A stretch of DNA of 64,000 nucleotides, taken from NCBI GenBank assembly GCA_964016885.1, contig OZ024760.1:27404001-27468000 (forward strand), read 5' to 3'. A model generated the notes under the pieces. The model saw only the letters and a program-made list of their open reading frames with translations. It did no database searches and was not told the origin of the DNA. The DNA is from Eledone cirrhosa (Eukaryota). The position numbers were made by a program, and so were the translations under genes. This document shows positions 11,400-22,075 of the stretch, piece by piece; position 1 is the first letter of the stretch; each line of letters starts with the position of its first letter.

Positions 11400-13142
11400 C
11401 TACCTGTTCGGCTCCTGAGGAGCAGGTTGCACAATATCCATGGGCGTATTGGAGGGGTTGTTTGGTGGGGTGTTGTTCTGTGGTGGAGTGGGGGTGTTTG
11501 GTGAGGTGTGGGTGGGGAAACGTTTCAAGAGGACGCGGTTATAGGGTCGAGTACATGTTTTCCCCACGTCCTCAGGAAAGTTCTCTCTTAGTTTTGCATA
11601 GGTGTCCATTGGGAGTCTTATCATTTTTAAATGCGGTTTGTTGGCCGCGCTTGCAAAGAATTGCCCTTCAGTTTCCACCAAAGGGTCTTTGTGTATTGTT
11701 TTTACTAGTTCTTTGTTATTTGTGTTAATGTATGTATACTGTTTTATTTGTGTTGTGTTTGTTTGTTGTTCTTGTGTGTGCTTACGTTTTGTTGTATGTG
11801 TTATGTTTTGGGGTGGGGCGGATTTTGTTTGTTCTGTTTGTTTTGTTTTTGTTGGTGGTTGTGTGTTTGTTTCGTTTATGTTCGAGTGGTGCTTTCTTTT
11901 TTTCCTTTTTACAGGTTGGAAGGGTTCCCCCTCTTCGTCACTAGGTGCCGTTTCCGCTGGGTCCTCGTCCGTGCTGTCGGGTAGTGGTGTATTTTGGGGT
12001 TTTGTTGTATTTGTGTGTGTTTTGGGAGTTGTTTTGGGTGGGGCCGTGTCTTGTGTTATTTTTCCCTGTTGTTTTTGTTGTTGTTGTGGTGGTGGTGGTG
12101 GAGGTGGTGGTGGTGGTGGTGGTGGCGGTGGTGGTGTGTGGGGTGTAGGCAAAAGAGCCTTTTTTTTTGTCAATTGAGGACAAGCAGCCCTTAGATGACC
12201 CCTGCTTGAACAGTAGTAACATATGGGCCTCCTACCCTCGGCTGAAATATATATAAATGTTTCTCCATCGAGGGACACCCTCTGTGGTATTCTAGCGATT
12301 CGTTCTGGTCTCATTTGGACCAGAACCTCCACGCTCAAACCGCCGAAAACGTCTGTGGTGACTTCTCCTACTGAGAGGATTCCGTCCTCGTCTTCTAAAA
12401 ATCCTGTTAGTACCCAGGAAATGCATGCATTTGGCCGGATTCCGGAGACCCTTATCTTCTGCGTTCTTTTCCCTAAATATGTGGGGAAAAATGTATATAT
12501 CTTGGAAACAATTGGTGCCACAGAGTATTTCCTGGCCGTCAATTGATCCTTCATTAGGACCGTTATATTCCCATAGAGTGGCCCTTTTTGTATGAACGAT
12601 ATATCACTCCACACATTTTTTAGGACCAGCTCAATCTCTTTTTGGGATAATTGAGTTGGTTTCCTTGTTATGTTGGAAATTGTTCTGAAAGATATCGTTC
12701 TTAGCGTCGTGTCTCTTTTGATTTCTTGTGGGGAGGTGATTGTGAAGTCTCCTCCTTCTTTGAAAGTTACATACTGTTTCGCTTCCTTCATCTTTTCTCT
12801 CAGAGTTGTAATGTCCAGTTGCTTGCAGGTTTGTGTTTTCCGGACCGCCTGTGCAAAGGAGGTACCAGTAGTGGGTTCACTTTGTTTGGTGTTATCGTTA
12901 TTTTTTCCTTGGTTGGTGTTGTGACTATTGCTGTTATTGTCGTTGATGTTTTTGTCTGCGTTTATGTGACTTTCTGGGTTTTCACCCATTTCTACAAATT
13001 TTTCTTTTAATTCCGTGTTCCATGTTTCTTTTGCAGAAGTGAGGAGGGAAGACTTAGAGCCTTGTGCTTCTAGCTTCTCTGTATCACCTTTCTTAGGGGG
13101 CGTGGCTTTCACGTTAGGATGAGATGTGAAAATTCCGTCCAT
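11400..13142 (-). CDS. ORF1: gag-like nucleic-acid-binding protein with CCHC knuckle
   Basis: CYYCSSRGHLRAAC knuckle and a poly-Pro/poly-Gln tract. First ATG at 13142; the frame stays open to 13235. Confidence 0.85.
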   Translation of the reverse strand: MDGIFTSHPNVKATPPKKGDTEKLEAQGSKSSLLTSAKETWNTELKEKFVEMGENPESHINADKNINDNNSNSHNTNQGKNNDNTKQSEPTTGTSFAQAVRKTQTCKQLDITTLREKMKEAKQYVTFKEGGDFTITSPQEIKRDTTLRTISFRTISNITRKPTQLSQKEIELVLKNVWSDISFIQKGPLYGNITVLMKDQLTARKYSVAPIVSKIYTFFPTYLGKRTQKIRVSGIRPNACISWVLTGFLEDEDGILSVGEVTTDVFGGLSVEVLVQMRPERIARIPQRVSLDGETFIYISAEGRRPICYYCSSRGHLRAACPQLTKKKALLPTPHTPPPPPPPPPPPPPPPPQQQQKQQGKITQDTAPPKTTPKTHTNTTKPQNTPLPDSTDEDPAETAPSDEEGEPFQPVKRKKRKHHSNINETNTQPPTKTKQTEQTKSAPPQNITHTTKRKHTQEQQTNTTQIKQYTYINTNNKELVKTIHKDPLVETEGQFFASAANKPHLKMIRLPMDTYAKLRENFPEDVGKTCTRPYNRVLLKRFPTHTSPNTPTPPQNNTPPNNPSNTPMDIVQPAPQEPNR

Positions 13143-13353
13143 TTCTATTAGTTTGCCGTAATAAATTTTTAACTGGAAAATTCGCCCCAAAAAGGGGCGA
13201 AAATAAATAAACTCAAAGTTTGACGACCAAGGCAAGGGGTTAACGTATATTACAGTATAAAAAAATTAATCAAAACTCACTTTTTGAGTAAGTAAATCCG
13301 ACTCGGTAGCCGAGCTTGTTCACACACGTCAACACACGTCTCTCGTATACGAG

Positions 13354-13645
13354 ATGTTATGTGAGATATTATGTGAGGTAAAGCCTTTACTGTGAAAATA
13401 CAATAGTATATATAGAGTAATGTAAATGTTATGTGAGATATTATGTGAGGTAAAGCTTTTACCATGAAAATATAATAGTATATATAGAGTAATGTAAATG
13501 TTATGTGAGATATTATGTGAGGTAAAGCCTTTACTGTGAAAATATAATAGTATATATAGAGTAATGTAAATGTTATGTGAGATATTATGTGAGGTAAAGT
13601 CTTTACTGTGAAAATACAATAGTAAATATACAGCAATGTAAATGT
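13354..13645. repeat. Same satellite, right block (~4 units)
   Basis: Same unit as 6775-7704, running into the MITE terminal repeat. Confidence 0.9.
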
Positions 13646-13950
13646 TAAAGGGTTAATATTTCATTGTTTTACCGTTTGAGGCGCTCAGGCTGTCATAACT
13701 GATACTCCTCAGTAAAATGTACATTATGGATTTTAATAAACCAAAACTAAATGAATATGGTCTCAGATTTTTATTGATATATATTTGCGCGCCATCATCC
13801 ACTTTTCTAAAAAACAAATCATACACAAAACGCCAGCACCAACAGTTTTGCAAGAGATGTTAACATGAATGGACCTGTTATTTTTATCTAAAGACATTTT
13901 TTCCAATTCCATCCCGCCCGTCCCCTCAATCTATTTTAATTCTCATTCTT

Positions 13951-13986
13951 TCTTCTGATGAAGGACTAGCGTCTGAAACGTTAAGA
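13951..13986 (+). ncRNA. Minimal hammerhead ribozyme in a ~220-bp dispersed repeat (13855-14075)
   Basis: TCTT-CTGATGA-A-GGAC tagc GTCT-GAAAC GTT-AAGA; identical core on the minus strand at 21082-21117. Confidence 0.65.
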
Positions 13987-14084
13987 CCCTCTTCCTGCTA
14001 TATCAAGCATTAACCTAATGTATACCTTCCATATATTGTACCGATTGTGTTGTTATTTATGCTTACCTTTTACATATATATATA

Positions 14085-14420
14085 TGGAGGCACATGGCTT
14101 AGTGGTTAGAGCATTGACCTTGCAATCGAAAGGTTGTGAGTTCAATTCTCAGACCGGGTGATGTGTTGTTTCCTTGAGCAAGACACTTTATTTCACATTG
14201 CTCCAGTTTACTCAGCTGTAGAAATGAGATGATAGAGACTGGGGTCCTTATCATTCCACTGCAAAGTGGTCGTGGAGGTGCCACGGCAAAAAAACACCTA
14301 GCCCACACTGTAAATGAGGTTGGTGTTAGGAAGGGCATCCAGCTGTAGAAATCAAGCCAGAATCAGTTCCCGTCCTACCCTTGCAAGCAGGGAAAAGCGG
14401 ACGTAAAATGAAGATGATGA
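14085..14420 (+). mobile_element. tRNA-derived SINE family A
   Basis: Head GGAGGCACATGGCTTAGTGGTTAGAGCA (A box) ... GAGTTCAATTC (B box); RTE-like 3' tail with (GAT)n. Confidence 0.85.
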
Positions 14421-14568
14421 TATATATATATGAAATACTGTTGGCTTCACGCTCACAATAATTTCTATACTTTCATTTATATATATATATATAATTCTAC
14501 CGAATTATTATTATTTTTATATGAGTCCCCAGTGTCCGCGCATTGCCTGGAGACTTAGCTGAGAATAG

Positions 14569-14650
14569 ACTCCCTGATGACGCAATGAATTCTCGACAGT
14601 TATATTACGTAACTGTCTTTATCCCATTGCAGAAACTAATTAGTTGGAGT
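14569..14650 (+). ncRNA. Type I hammerhead ribozyme with extended stem II
   Basis: Stem I ACTCC/GGAGT; CTGATGA; stem II GCAATG/CATTGC enclosing GACAGTTA/TAACTGTC; GAAA-CTAATTAG-TT. Confidence 0.7.
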
Positions 14651-15085
14651 GAAAATTTTAGTAAGTAAGTTAATTTTTTAAATTTTTTTTAAATTTTCTT
14701 ATTTTACGTCTTTTATATTATTGTTCTGCATCCTCCTGCATTGAACCACCTAGGTACTATGACATAACCTGTGTATTTGCTAGCATTAGCGTACATCTGT
14801 ACGCATATGTTAGTAGATATACTAAATTCTATATATATATATATCACAGAAAAAAAGAGAATCAGTGTTGCGACGAATGGAATTTATTGGACATATTACA
14901 ATCGTTTCTCTGGCAACCAGCTCGATGCCATATGAGGGCATCGAGTGCTCATACGGCCTACCGCATACGGACACTTTAAACATCCAACACCAAAATTATA
15001 TATATATATATATACACATGCTGAGACATGTATATACATAAACAATAAACACCTCATCCATATACAATATCTTTTTGAACAGAAG

Positions 15086-15119
<34 letters not shown>

Positions 15120-15154
15120 TTATGTATGTAGTGGAGTTGAATGTAGCAAGCATG

Positions 15155-15194
<40 letters not shown>

Positions 15195-15198
<4 letters not shown>

Positions 15199-16560
15199 AA
15201 TTATTGTGTACAGTGCTCAGGTGCACTACAACTCATCAAAGGTGCATGTATAGTACATAGAATAAGGTACAAATGTCAGGAAAGTGAACAGTGTATGAGT
15301 CATGATATACATGTGTGCGTGTGTATATAACGTATATATATATATATATATACACACACTGCCAGGGACAGTTCTGTACGAGCGAGACACGGTCTCCTGA
15401 CCAATCCTGCCTCAAGTGGAACAAACCCGTCCAACACATGCTAACGTTGAAGATGGACATTAAACGATGATGAGGGTGATGATGATATATATATTATTGT
15501 GTACAGTGCTCAGGTGCACTACAACTCATCAAAGGTGCATGTATAGTACATAGAATAATGTAAAAATGTCAGGAAAGTGAACAGTGTATGAGTCATGATG
15601 TACACAAAGATACATGCATGCATGTGCATGGAGGGGGAATATTAGGTGTAGTGTTGGTGAATTTCAGGAAGCATGGAGGTTTTAAAGGATGCAGTGTCTC
15701 GACAGCTGACAACTGATGCAGGTAGTTTGTTCCATGGAGGTTTTAAAGGATGCAGTGTCTCGACAGCTAACAACTGATGCTGGTAGTTTGTTCCATGGAG
15801 GTTTTAAAGGATGCATTTTCCTGGCAGTCAACAACAGATGCAGGTAGTTTGTTCCATGGAAGTTTTAAAGGATGCAGTGTCCTGGCAGTTAACAACAGAT
15901 GCAGGTAGTTTGTTCCATGGAGGTTTTAAAGGATGCAGTGTCTCGACAGCTAACAACTGATGCAGGTAGTTTGTTCCATGGAGGTTTTAAAGGATGCAGT
16001 GTCTCGACAGCTAACAACTAATGCAGGTAGTTTGTTCCATGGAGGTTTTAAAGGATGCATTTTCCTGGCAGTCAACAACAGATGCAGGTAGTTTGTTCCA
16101 TGGAGGTTTTAAAGGATGCAGTGTCTCAACAGCTAACAACAGATGCAGGTAGTTTGTTCCATGGAGGTTTTAAAGGATGCAGTGTCCTGGCAGTTAACAA
16201 CAGATGCAGGTAGTTTGTTCCATGGAGGTTTTAAAGGATGCAGTGTCTCGACAGCTAACAACTGATGCCGGTAGTTTGTTCCATGGAGGTTTTAAAGGAT
16301 GCAGTGTCTCAACAGCTAACAACAGATGCAGGTAGTTTGTTCCATGGAGGTTTTAAAGGATGCAGTGTCCTGGCAGTTAACAACTGATGCAGGTAGTTTG
16401 TTCCATGCTTCAGCAACTCTAAATGTGAAAAAATGCTTCCAAAGTCATGGGAGCTGTGCTGTATGTAGTGAAGTTGATGACGAGTTGAGTGGTGATGGAA
16501 GGAATTGGTTTGAGTGTGACAGAGGTTGTAGTGAAAGTTGTTGGCTTGCTGAGTGAATAC
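15195..16560 (-). mobile_element. CR1-like LINE 3' fragment(s) with duplicated 3' end and (ATT)n tail
   Basis: Minus strand encodes HSSHDF..HFFTFRVAEAWNKLPASVVSC..TASFK (CR1 ORF2 C-terminus); 15195-15310 is repeated at 15493-15600. Confidence 0.75.
15673..16407. repeat. 61-bp minisatellite derived from LINE ORF2 C-terminus, ~12 copies
   Basis: Unit CCATGGAGGTTTTAAAGGATGCAGTGTCTCGACAGCTAACAACTGATGCAGGTAGTTTGTT. Confidence 0.95.
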
Positions 16561-17160
16561 ACAAGGTAAAATGTTGTCCCATATATAAGCACTGTGTGAA
16601 ATGCCATTGCAGAGGTTATAGTAGTGATTGTTCTTGGTTTGCTGGGTGATTATACACAAGGTAAAATTTTGTCCCATATATAAGCACTGTGTGAAATGCC
16701 ATTGCAGAGGTTATAGTAGTGATTGTTCTTGGCTTGTTGGGTGATTATACACAAGGTAAAGTTTGTCCCATATATAAGGGCTGTGTGAAATTCCATTGGC
16801 AGAGGTTATAGTAGTGATTGTTCTTGGCTTGTTGGGTGATTATACACAAGGTAAAGTTTCTCCCATATATATGTACTGTGTGAAATGCCATTGGCAGAGG
16901 TTATAGTAGTGATTGTTCTTGGTTTGCTGGATGAATACACAAGGTAAAATTTTATCCCATATATAAGCACTGTGTGAAATGCCATTGCAGAGGTTATAGT
17001 AGTGATTGTTCTTGGTTATACACAAGGTAAAGTTTCTCCCATATATAAGTACTGTGTGAAATGCCATTGGCAGAGGTTATAGTAGTGATTGTTCTTGGTT
17101 TGCTGGGTGATTATACACAAGGTAAAGTTTGTCCCATATATAAGCACTGCGAAATGCCAT
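16555..17160. repeat. ~94-bp tandem repeat, ~6.5 copies
   Basis: Unit begins TACACAAGGTAAA..TCCCATATATAAGCACTGTGTGAAATGCCATTG. Confidence 0.9.
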
Positions 17161-17324
17161 TAAATGAACAAATAAAACATCAACTTTACTTAAAGAAATT
17201 TTATTAAGAAAATAACTTACTTCGAAGCTATCATAATAGAATAAAGGGAGGAGTGCGAGTCTGTGTCCTGAATATATTTTTTTATTCCCGTTAGTAAAAT
17301 AAGTTGGATTACTTTGAATAAATA

Positions 17325-17515
17325 ATTGTTTCTACTTTTGGCACAAGGCCAGAAATTATCCCAGTGCATTACTGGTACTTTATTTTATCGACCCCCGTAG
17401 GGATGAAAGGCAAAGTCAACCTCGGCGCGATTTGAACTCAGACCATAAAGGGCCGTAACTCTTTGCTGCAAAGCATGGCGTCTGACCCTCTACCAATACT
17501 GCCAATACACCGCCC
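17325..17515 (-). mobile_element. tRNA-derived SINE family B
   Basis: GAGTTCAAAT B box and GGGGTCGATAAAATAAAGTACCAGT body; further copies at 34543-34710, 36530-36680 and 37170-37357. Confidence 0.8.
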
Positions 17516-17888
17516 TTTGAATAAATAATGAATGAATATTACATAATTTATCTACTAAATTTTGTAACTCTTCATTAAATATAAATATTCTTATATATAA
17601 TGATTTTAAGATTCACTTCTTTTAAAATTTTCAAATGGCAATAATTCCGGTTATGATATAATGGACGCTATATCACATATTGCTTATATAAATGTTCATA
17701 TATTTGCATCGTTATATCATAACGTTTATATTTCCGTCGCTAATTTTCTCCTTTTTCGTTTTCATTACATTTCACCGTAATGCAGTTTATATATAGTATC
17801 ATCTTTTTTTAATGTATCATGGATTACTTTACTGATTACAGAAGACAGTGTAACACAGTCTCTCTTCAATTTCTGTGTATATTGTCAT

Positions 17889-18415
17889 GGAGGTACATGG
17901 CTTAGTGGTTAGAGCATTGGCCTTGCAATCGAAAGGTTGTGAGTTCAATTCTCAGACCGGGTGATGTGTGGTTTCCTTGAGCAAGACACTTTATTTCACA
18001 TTGTTCCAGTTTACTCAGCTGTAGAAATGAGATGATAGGGACTGGGGTCCCCATCATTCCACTGCAAAGTGGTCGTAGAGGTGCCATGGCAAAAAAGCAC
18101 CCAGCTCACACTGCAAAGTGGTCGTAGAGGTGCCATGGCAAAAAAGCACCCAGCTCACACTGTAAAGTGGTCGTGGAGGTGCCATGGCAAAAAAGCACCC
18201 AGCTCACACTGTAAAGTGGTCGTGGAGGTGCCATGGCAAAAAAGCACCCAGCTCACACTGTAAAGTGGTCGTGGAGGCGCCACGGCAAAAAAGCACCCAG
18301 CCCACACTGTAAATGAGGTTGGTATTAGGAAGGGTATCCAGCTGTAGAAATCAAGCCAGAATCAGTTCCCGTCCCACCCTTGCAAGCAAGGAAAAGCGGA
18401 CGTAAAATGATGATG
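17889..18415 (+). mobile_element. SINE family A with five internal 49-bp tandem repeats
   Basis: Same head and tail as 14085-14420; internal unit CACTGYAAAGTGGTCGTRGAGGTGCCATGGCAAAAAAGCACCCAGCTCA. Confidence 0.85.
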
Positions 18416-18829
18416 GTTGTCAATTACAATTTTATTTGACATAGCTACCAAAGGGTGGTTTTTCTGCTAGTTGCTGTAAAACAGGGAAACAACAAAGAAC
18501 CAAGTTATGTTTGTGTGGTTAGTTTGTGAGAATGTAATAGTAGTTTGATAAGATGCATTGAACTAACCTTTATCAAAGTAGCCCCAAACCTGTCGATAGG
18601 GTTGGAAGTGTTTTGCTAAGCACTACCTCTCTCTACTGCTTCAGCAACTGAAGGTGATGCTCTTCTCTTCCAAGGAATGAGAGTTGAATAACTAAGAAAA
18701 TCTCATCTCACTTCACACCAACTTGGCCAGTTTCTCCAGAACATTGGAGCCACCCCAAGATAAGGAAAAATAGTACCCAGGTGTTATTTTAAGGGGTCAG
18801 TATATGTGGAGAGATTTTGCTACATATAT

Positions 18830-19132
18830 AACTACACACAGACACACACACATATATACCTACACACAGACACACACACATATATACCTACATACACACA
18901 TATATACCTACACACAGACACACACATATATATATACCTACACACAGACACACATATATACCTACACACAGACACACACATATATATATACCTACACACA
19001 GACACACATATATACCTACACACAGACACACACACATATATACCTACACACAGACACACATATATACCTACACACAGACACACACACATATATACCTACA
19101 CACATATATACCTACACACAGACACACACACA

Positions 19133-19164
<32 letters not shown>

Positions 19165-19165
19165 A
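18830..19165. repeat. CA-rich minisatellite and (CA)n
   Basis: Tandem ACACACAGACACACATATATACCT units. Confidence 0.9.
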
Positions 19166-19548
19166 GTATAGATACAATCATATATGCATATGGTTGTGCT
19201 ATTATCAAAACAAAATAAATTTCACCAGCAAATCATGTGGTGTTATGTGGGTTTGAGGCAACTGTTTGAGGCAACTGTTTGAAGCAACTGTGTTTTGTTC
19301 CTAGGGTATGGTATTTTAATTAGATAACAAAACCCAGCTGTGTAAGCCACATCAGATAGCCCCCATCATAGCCATATCATCTCAGTAAACTCTATATTAC
19401 CACAGCTCTATGCCGAGCACATGATGTGGCCTCTGTGAGATAGAATTATAATGCACATCCACACTATAAAAAAACATAATAACCGAAAGGTCCATAGTGG
19501 ACAAACGCCAACAGTTTTAGTGCATGATGTGGCCTCTGTGAGGTTTAA

Positions 19549-19725
19549 CCCTTTAACATTTACATTGCTCTATATATACTGTTGTATTTTTGTGGTAAAG
19601 GCTTTATTTTACATAATTATCTCACGTAATACCGAATCTATGAGATTTTGATGTCATTTATTTTGAGAACAATACCTTAACATCAGTATGAGCAGCTGGT
19701 TACAGCTGGTTTAAATGCTAAAGGG
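19549..19725. mobile_element. Compact piggyBac-like MITE (~177 bp)
   Basis: TTAA-CCCTTTAACATTT ... AAATGCTAAAGGG-TTAA; holds one copy of the unit amplified at 6775-7704. Confidence 0.8.
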
Positions 19726-20197
19726 TTAAATAAACCTGAGATGGGATTATAATGCACATCCACACTATAAAAAACATAACCGAAAGGTCCATAGAGGACA
19801 AGAGCCAACAGCTTTAATAGAGATAAGGAACATCATCATCATACTTGTCTGTTGTGCTTATAATCTTTTTTTGGCATTAATATACTGGTTGGATGCCCTT
19901 CCTATCAGCAGCACCCCCTTTACAGCATGGAGAGGTTGTCTTACTGGTAACAATTATAATAACATAGCACACCCTAATTTACAAGTCAAGCCAAAAATGA
20001 TGTGATGACTTAGATAGACCCTAATAATGAAGACTGTGGCCACTCTCCCACAAGAACTAGCAATCGGTACCCAAAAGGAGGTATTACCTCAACTATAAAA
20101 GACCAGATAATAGGAACATATTCCATCTACTTAGTTGTCGTAGATATTTCTACCAAACTACAGTGTATGTATATATATGTATATATATATATATATA

Positions 20198-20612
20198 TAT
20201 ACATAATATATAAGAACAAAAGATGGTTAAAAGAGTTCCATGTATTTTATTATGCGCATTTCAAAAACAAATATCATCATGCAATAATATTTGTGTTTTC
20301 ATCAGTTAAAATAGGAAGACATGATATGAAGGTTAAAAAACACTTGTGGATAGTGCAGTTGTTTTAAAACTGCACTATCCACAAGTGTTTTTTAACCTTC
20401 ATATCATGTCTTCCTATTTTAACTGATGAAAACACAAATATTATTGCATGATGATATTTGTTTTTGAAATGCGCATAATAAAATACATGGAACTCTTTTA
20501 ACCATCTTTTGTTCTTATATATTATGTATACTCCAGTCCTACAAACTGTAGAGTGCTTCTTATCCGATATCTGCATTGCTTTATTTTACTACAATAAAAC
20601 TCACCTCCTACA
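20198..20612. mobile_element. Penelope-type solo pseudo-LTR fold-back unit (family B)
   Basis: 20198-20362 is inverted to 20367-20530, followed by an ~80-bp tail ending CTCACCTCCTACA; flanked by (TA)n; homologous to the 3' end of the element at 60258-62850. Confidence 0.85.
20417..20483 (+). ncRNA. Hammerhead ribozyme family B (mirror copy on minus strand 20245-20311)
   Basis: TTTTAA-CTGATGA-stem II(CAAATATTAT/ATGATATTTG)-GAAA-TGCGCA-TA-ATAAAA; the core-proximal stem I pair is mismatched in this copy. Confidence 0.65.
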
Positions 20613-20656
20613 TATATATATATATACAAATATATTACACAGAGAGAAGTGTGTTA

Positions 20657-20850
20657 CACAGTGAGATGTGTGTAAAGAATTATTACATGTGAGTTTAACC
20701 GTTATAAGGTTGGTAATTTAAAACTCTACTTCGGAGATTTGATTCTGACTTAGTGTTCTTTCTATTTAATTGCCAACCTGTAGGTGTTGTTTTCCATACA
20801 GTAACGGTTAAATACACATGTAATAATTCTTTACACACATCTCACTGTGC
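20657..20850. repeat. Inverted repeat with ~48-bp arms and ~95-bp spacer
   Basis: CACAGTGAGATGTGTGTAAAGAATTATTACATGTG ... CACATGTAATAATTCTTTACACACATCTCACTGTG. Confidence 0.85.
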
Positions 20851-20947
20851 ATCTCATTTGTATTTGAGCTCAGTTGAAAATTCTCTGTTCTTCTTTGAGC
20901 TAATATTATTATTACTGTGAACTGCGGAATACTCTAATTCCGATCCT

Positions 20948-20988
<41 letters not shown>

Positions 20989-21081
20989 ATGTATGTAAAA
21001 GGTAAACAGAAATAACAACACAATCAGTACAGTATATGGAAGGGATATATTAAGTTAACGCTTGAAATAGCGGGAAGAGGG

Positions 21082-21117
21082 TCTTAACGTTTCAGACGCT
21101 AGTCCTTCATCAGAAGA
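21082..21117 (-). ncRNA. Minimal hammerhead ribozyme, second copy of the 13951 family
   Basis: Reverse complement of 13951-13986 within a diverged repeat at ~20990-21215. Confidence 0.65.
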
Positions 21118-21209
21118 AAGAATGAGAAATTAGAAAGATTGAGGGAATGGGCGGTGTGGAATTGGAAAAATGTTTTTAGAGAAAAATAACAGGTTCATTC
21201 ATGTTGCCA

Positions 21210-21245
<36 letters not shown>

Positions 21246-21247
21246 AT

Positions 21248-22075
21248 ATCATCATCATCATCATTTAACGTCCATGTTCCACGCTTGCATGGGTTTGGAC
21301 GGGAGTTTTCCCACTTGAGGCAAGAGTGGTTGTCTTGCTCGCATAGGACTGTCTGGCGGGTTTTCTACAGTTGGATGCCCTTCCTAACACCAACCACATT
21401 TACAATGTGGGACTGGGAGGTTTTTACCGTGTTGCCTACACGGCCACATTACAGCGTGGACTGTCTGGCGGGTTTTCTACAGCTGGATGCCCTTCCTAAC
21501 ACCAACCACATTTACAGTGTGGGGCTGGGAGGTTTTTACCGTGTTGCCTACACGGCCACATTACAGCGTGGACTGTCTGGCGGGTTTTCTACAGCTCGAT
21601 GCCCTTCCTAACACCAACCACATTTACAGTGTGGGGCTGGGAGGTTTTTACCGTGTTGCCTACACGGCCACATTACAGCGTGGACTGTGTGTTTTTTTGT
21701 CGTGACACCTACACGATCTCATTTGTTTCGGCCTGGATGTTGTGGCACCAACGTAACTTTACATTGAAAGGGGCGGTGTGGATGGGGTGGGGATGGTGTA
21801 ACGGGGGTGTATTTTGTTAGAGATGCCTACTGACTGTAGTAGGTTTTACTTTGTATTCAGGTAAGGCGGGTCTTCTCTATTACTGAGTACCGCCAAAGAT
21901 CTCGGTCCAGTGACATTGTCTTGGAGAGGTGTAAGTGTGTGAGGTCGGAATTTATCAGGTCATCCCAGGTTTTTCTGGGTCTGCCTACTCCGTGGCTACC
22001 GTCTATCTTTATTGCCCTGCACTTTTTTATACAGCTGTCGTCTTTCATGCTCATCACGTGACCATACCAACGTAG
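21248..22075 (-). mobile_element. RTE LINE 3' fragment with triplicated 3' UTR segment
   Basis: RWYGHV..GRPRKTWDD; (CAT)n tail; an ~112-bp segment tandemly repeated in 21345-21690. Confidence 0.85.

Larger units (their letters stand above)
7705..13353 (-). mobile_element. Full-length, apparently intact L1/Tx1-clade non-LTR retrotransposon
   Basis: Two open ORFs 21 bp apart, GC-rich relative to the flanks; 3' end AATAAAGAAACC without poly(A); the satellite resumes on both sides. Confidence 0.95.
6639..13652. mobile_element. piggyBac-like MITE (TTAA TSD) expanded by an internal 60-bp satellite and a Tx1 insertion
   Basis: TTAA(6635-6638)-CCCTTTAA ... TTAAAGGG-TTAA(13653-13656); an unexpanded homolog lies at 19549-19725 in the opposite orientation. 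Confidence 0.8.

Noticed and set aside
14085-14160. tRNA-like sequences at 14085, 17889 and 23251
   Set aside because: They are SINE heads continuous with SINE bodies; the acceptor stems are not intact.
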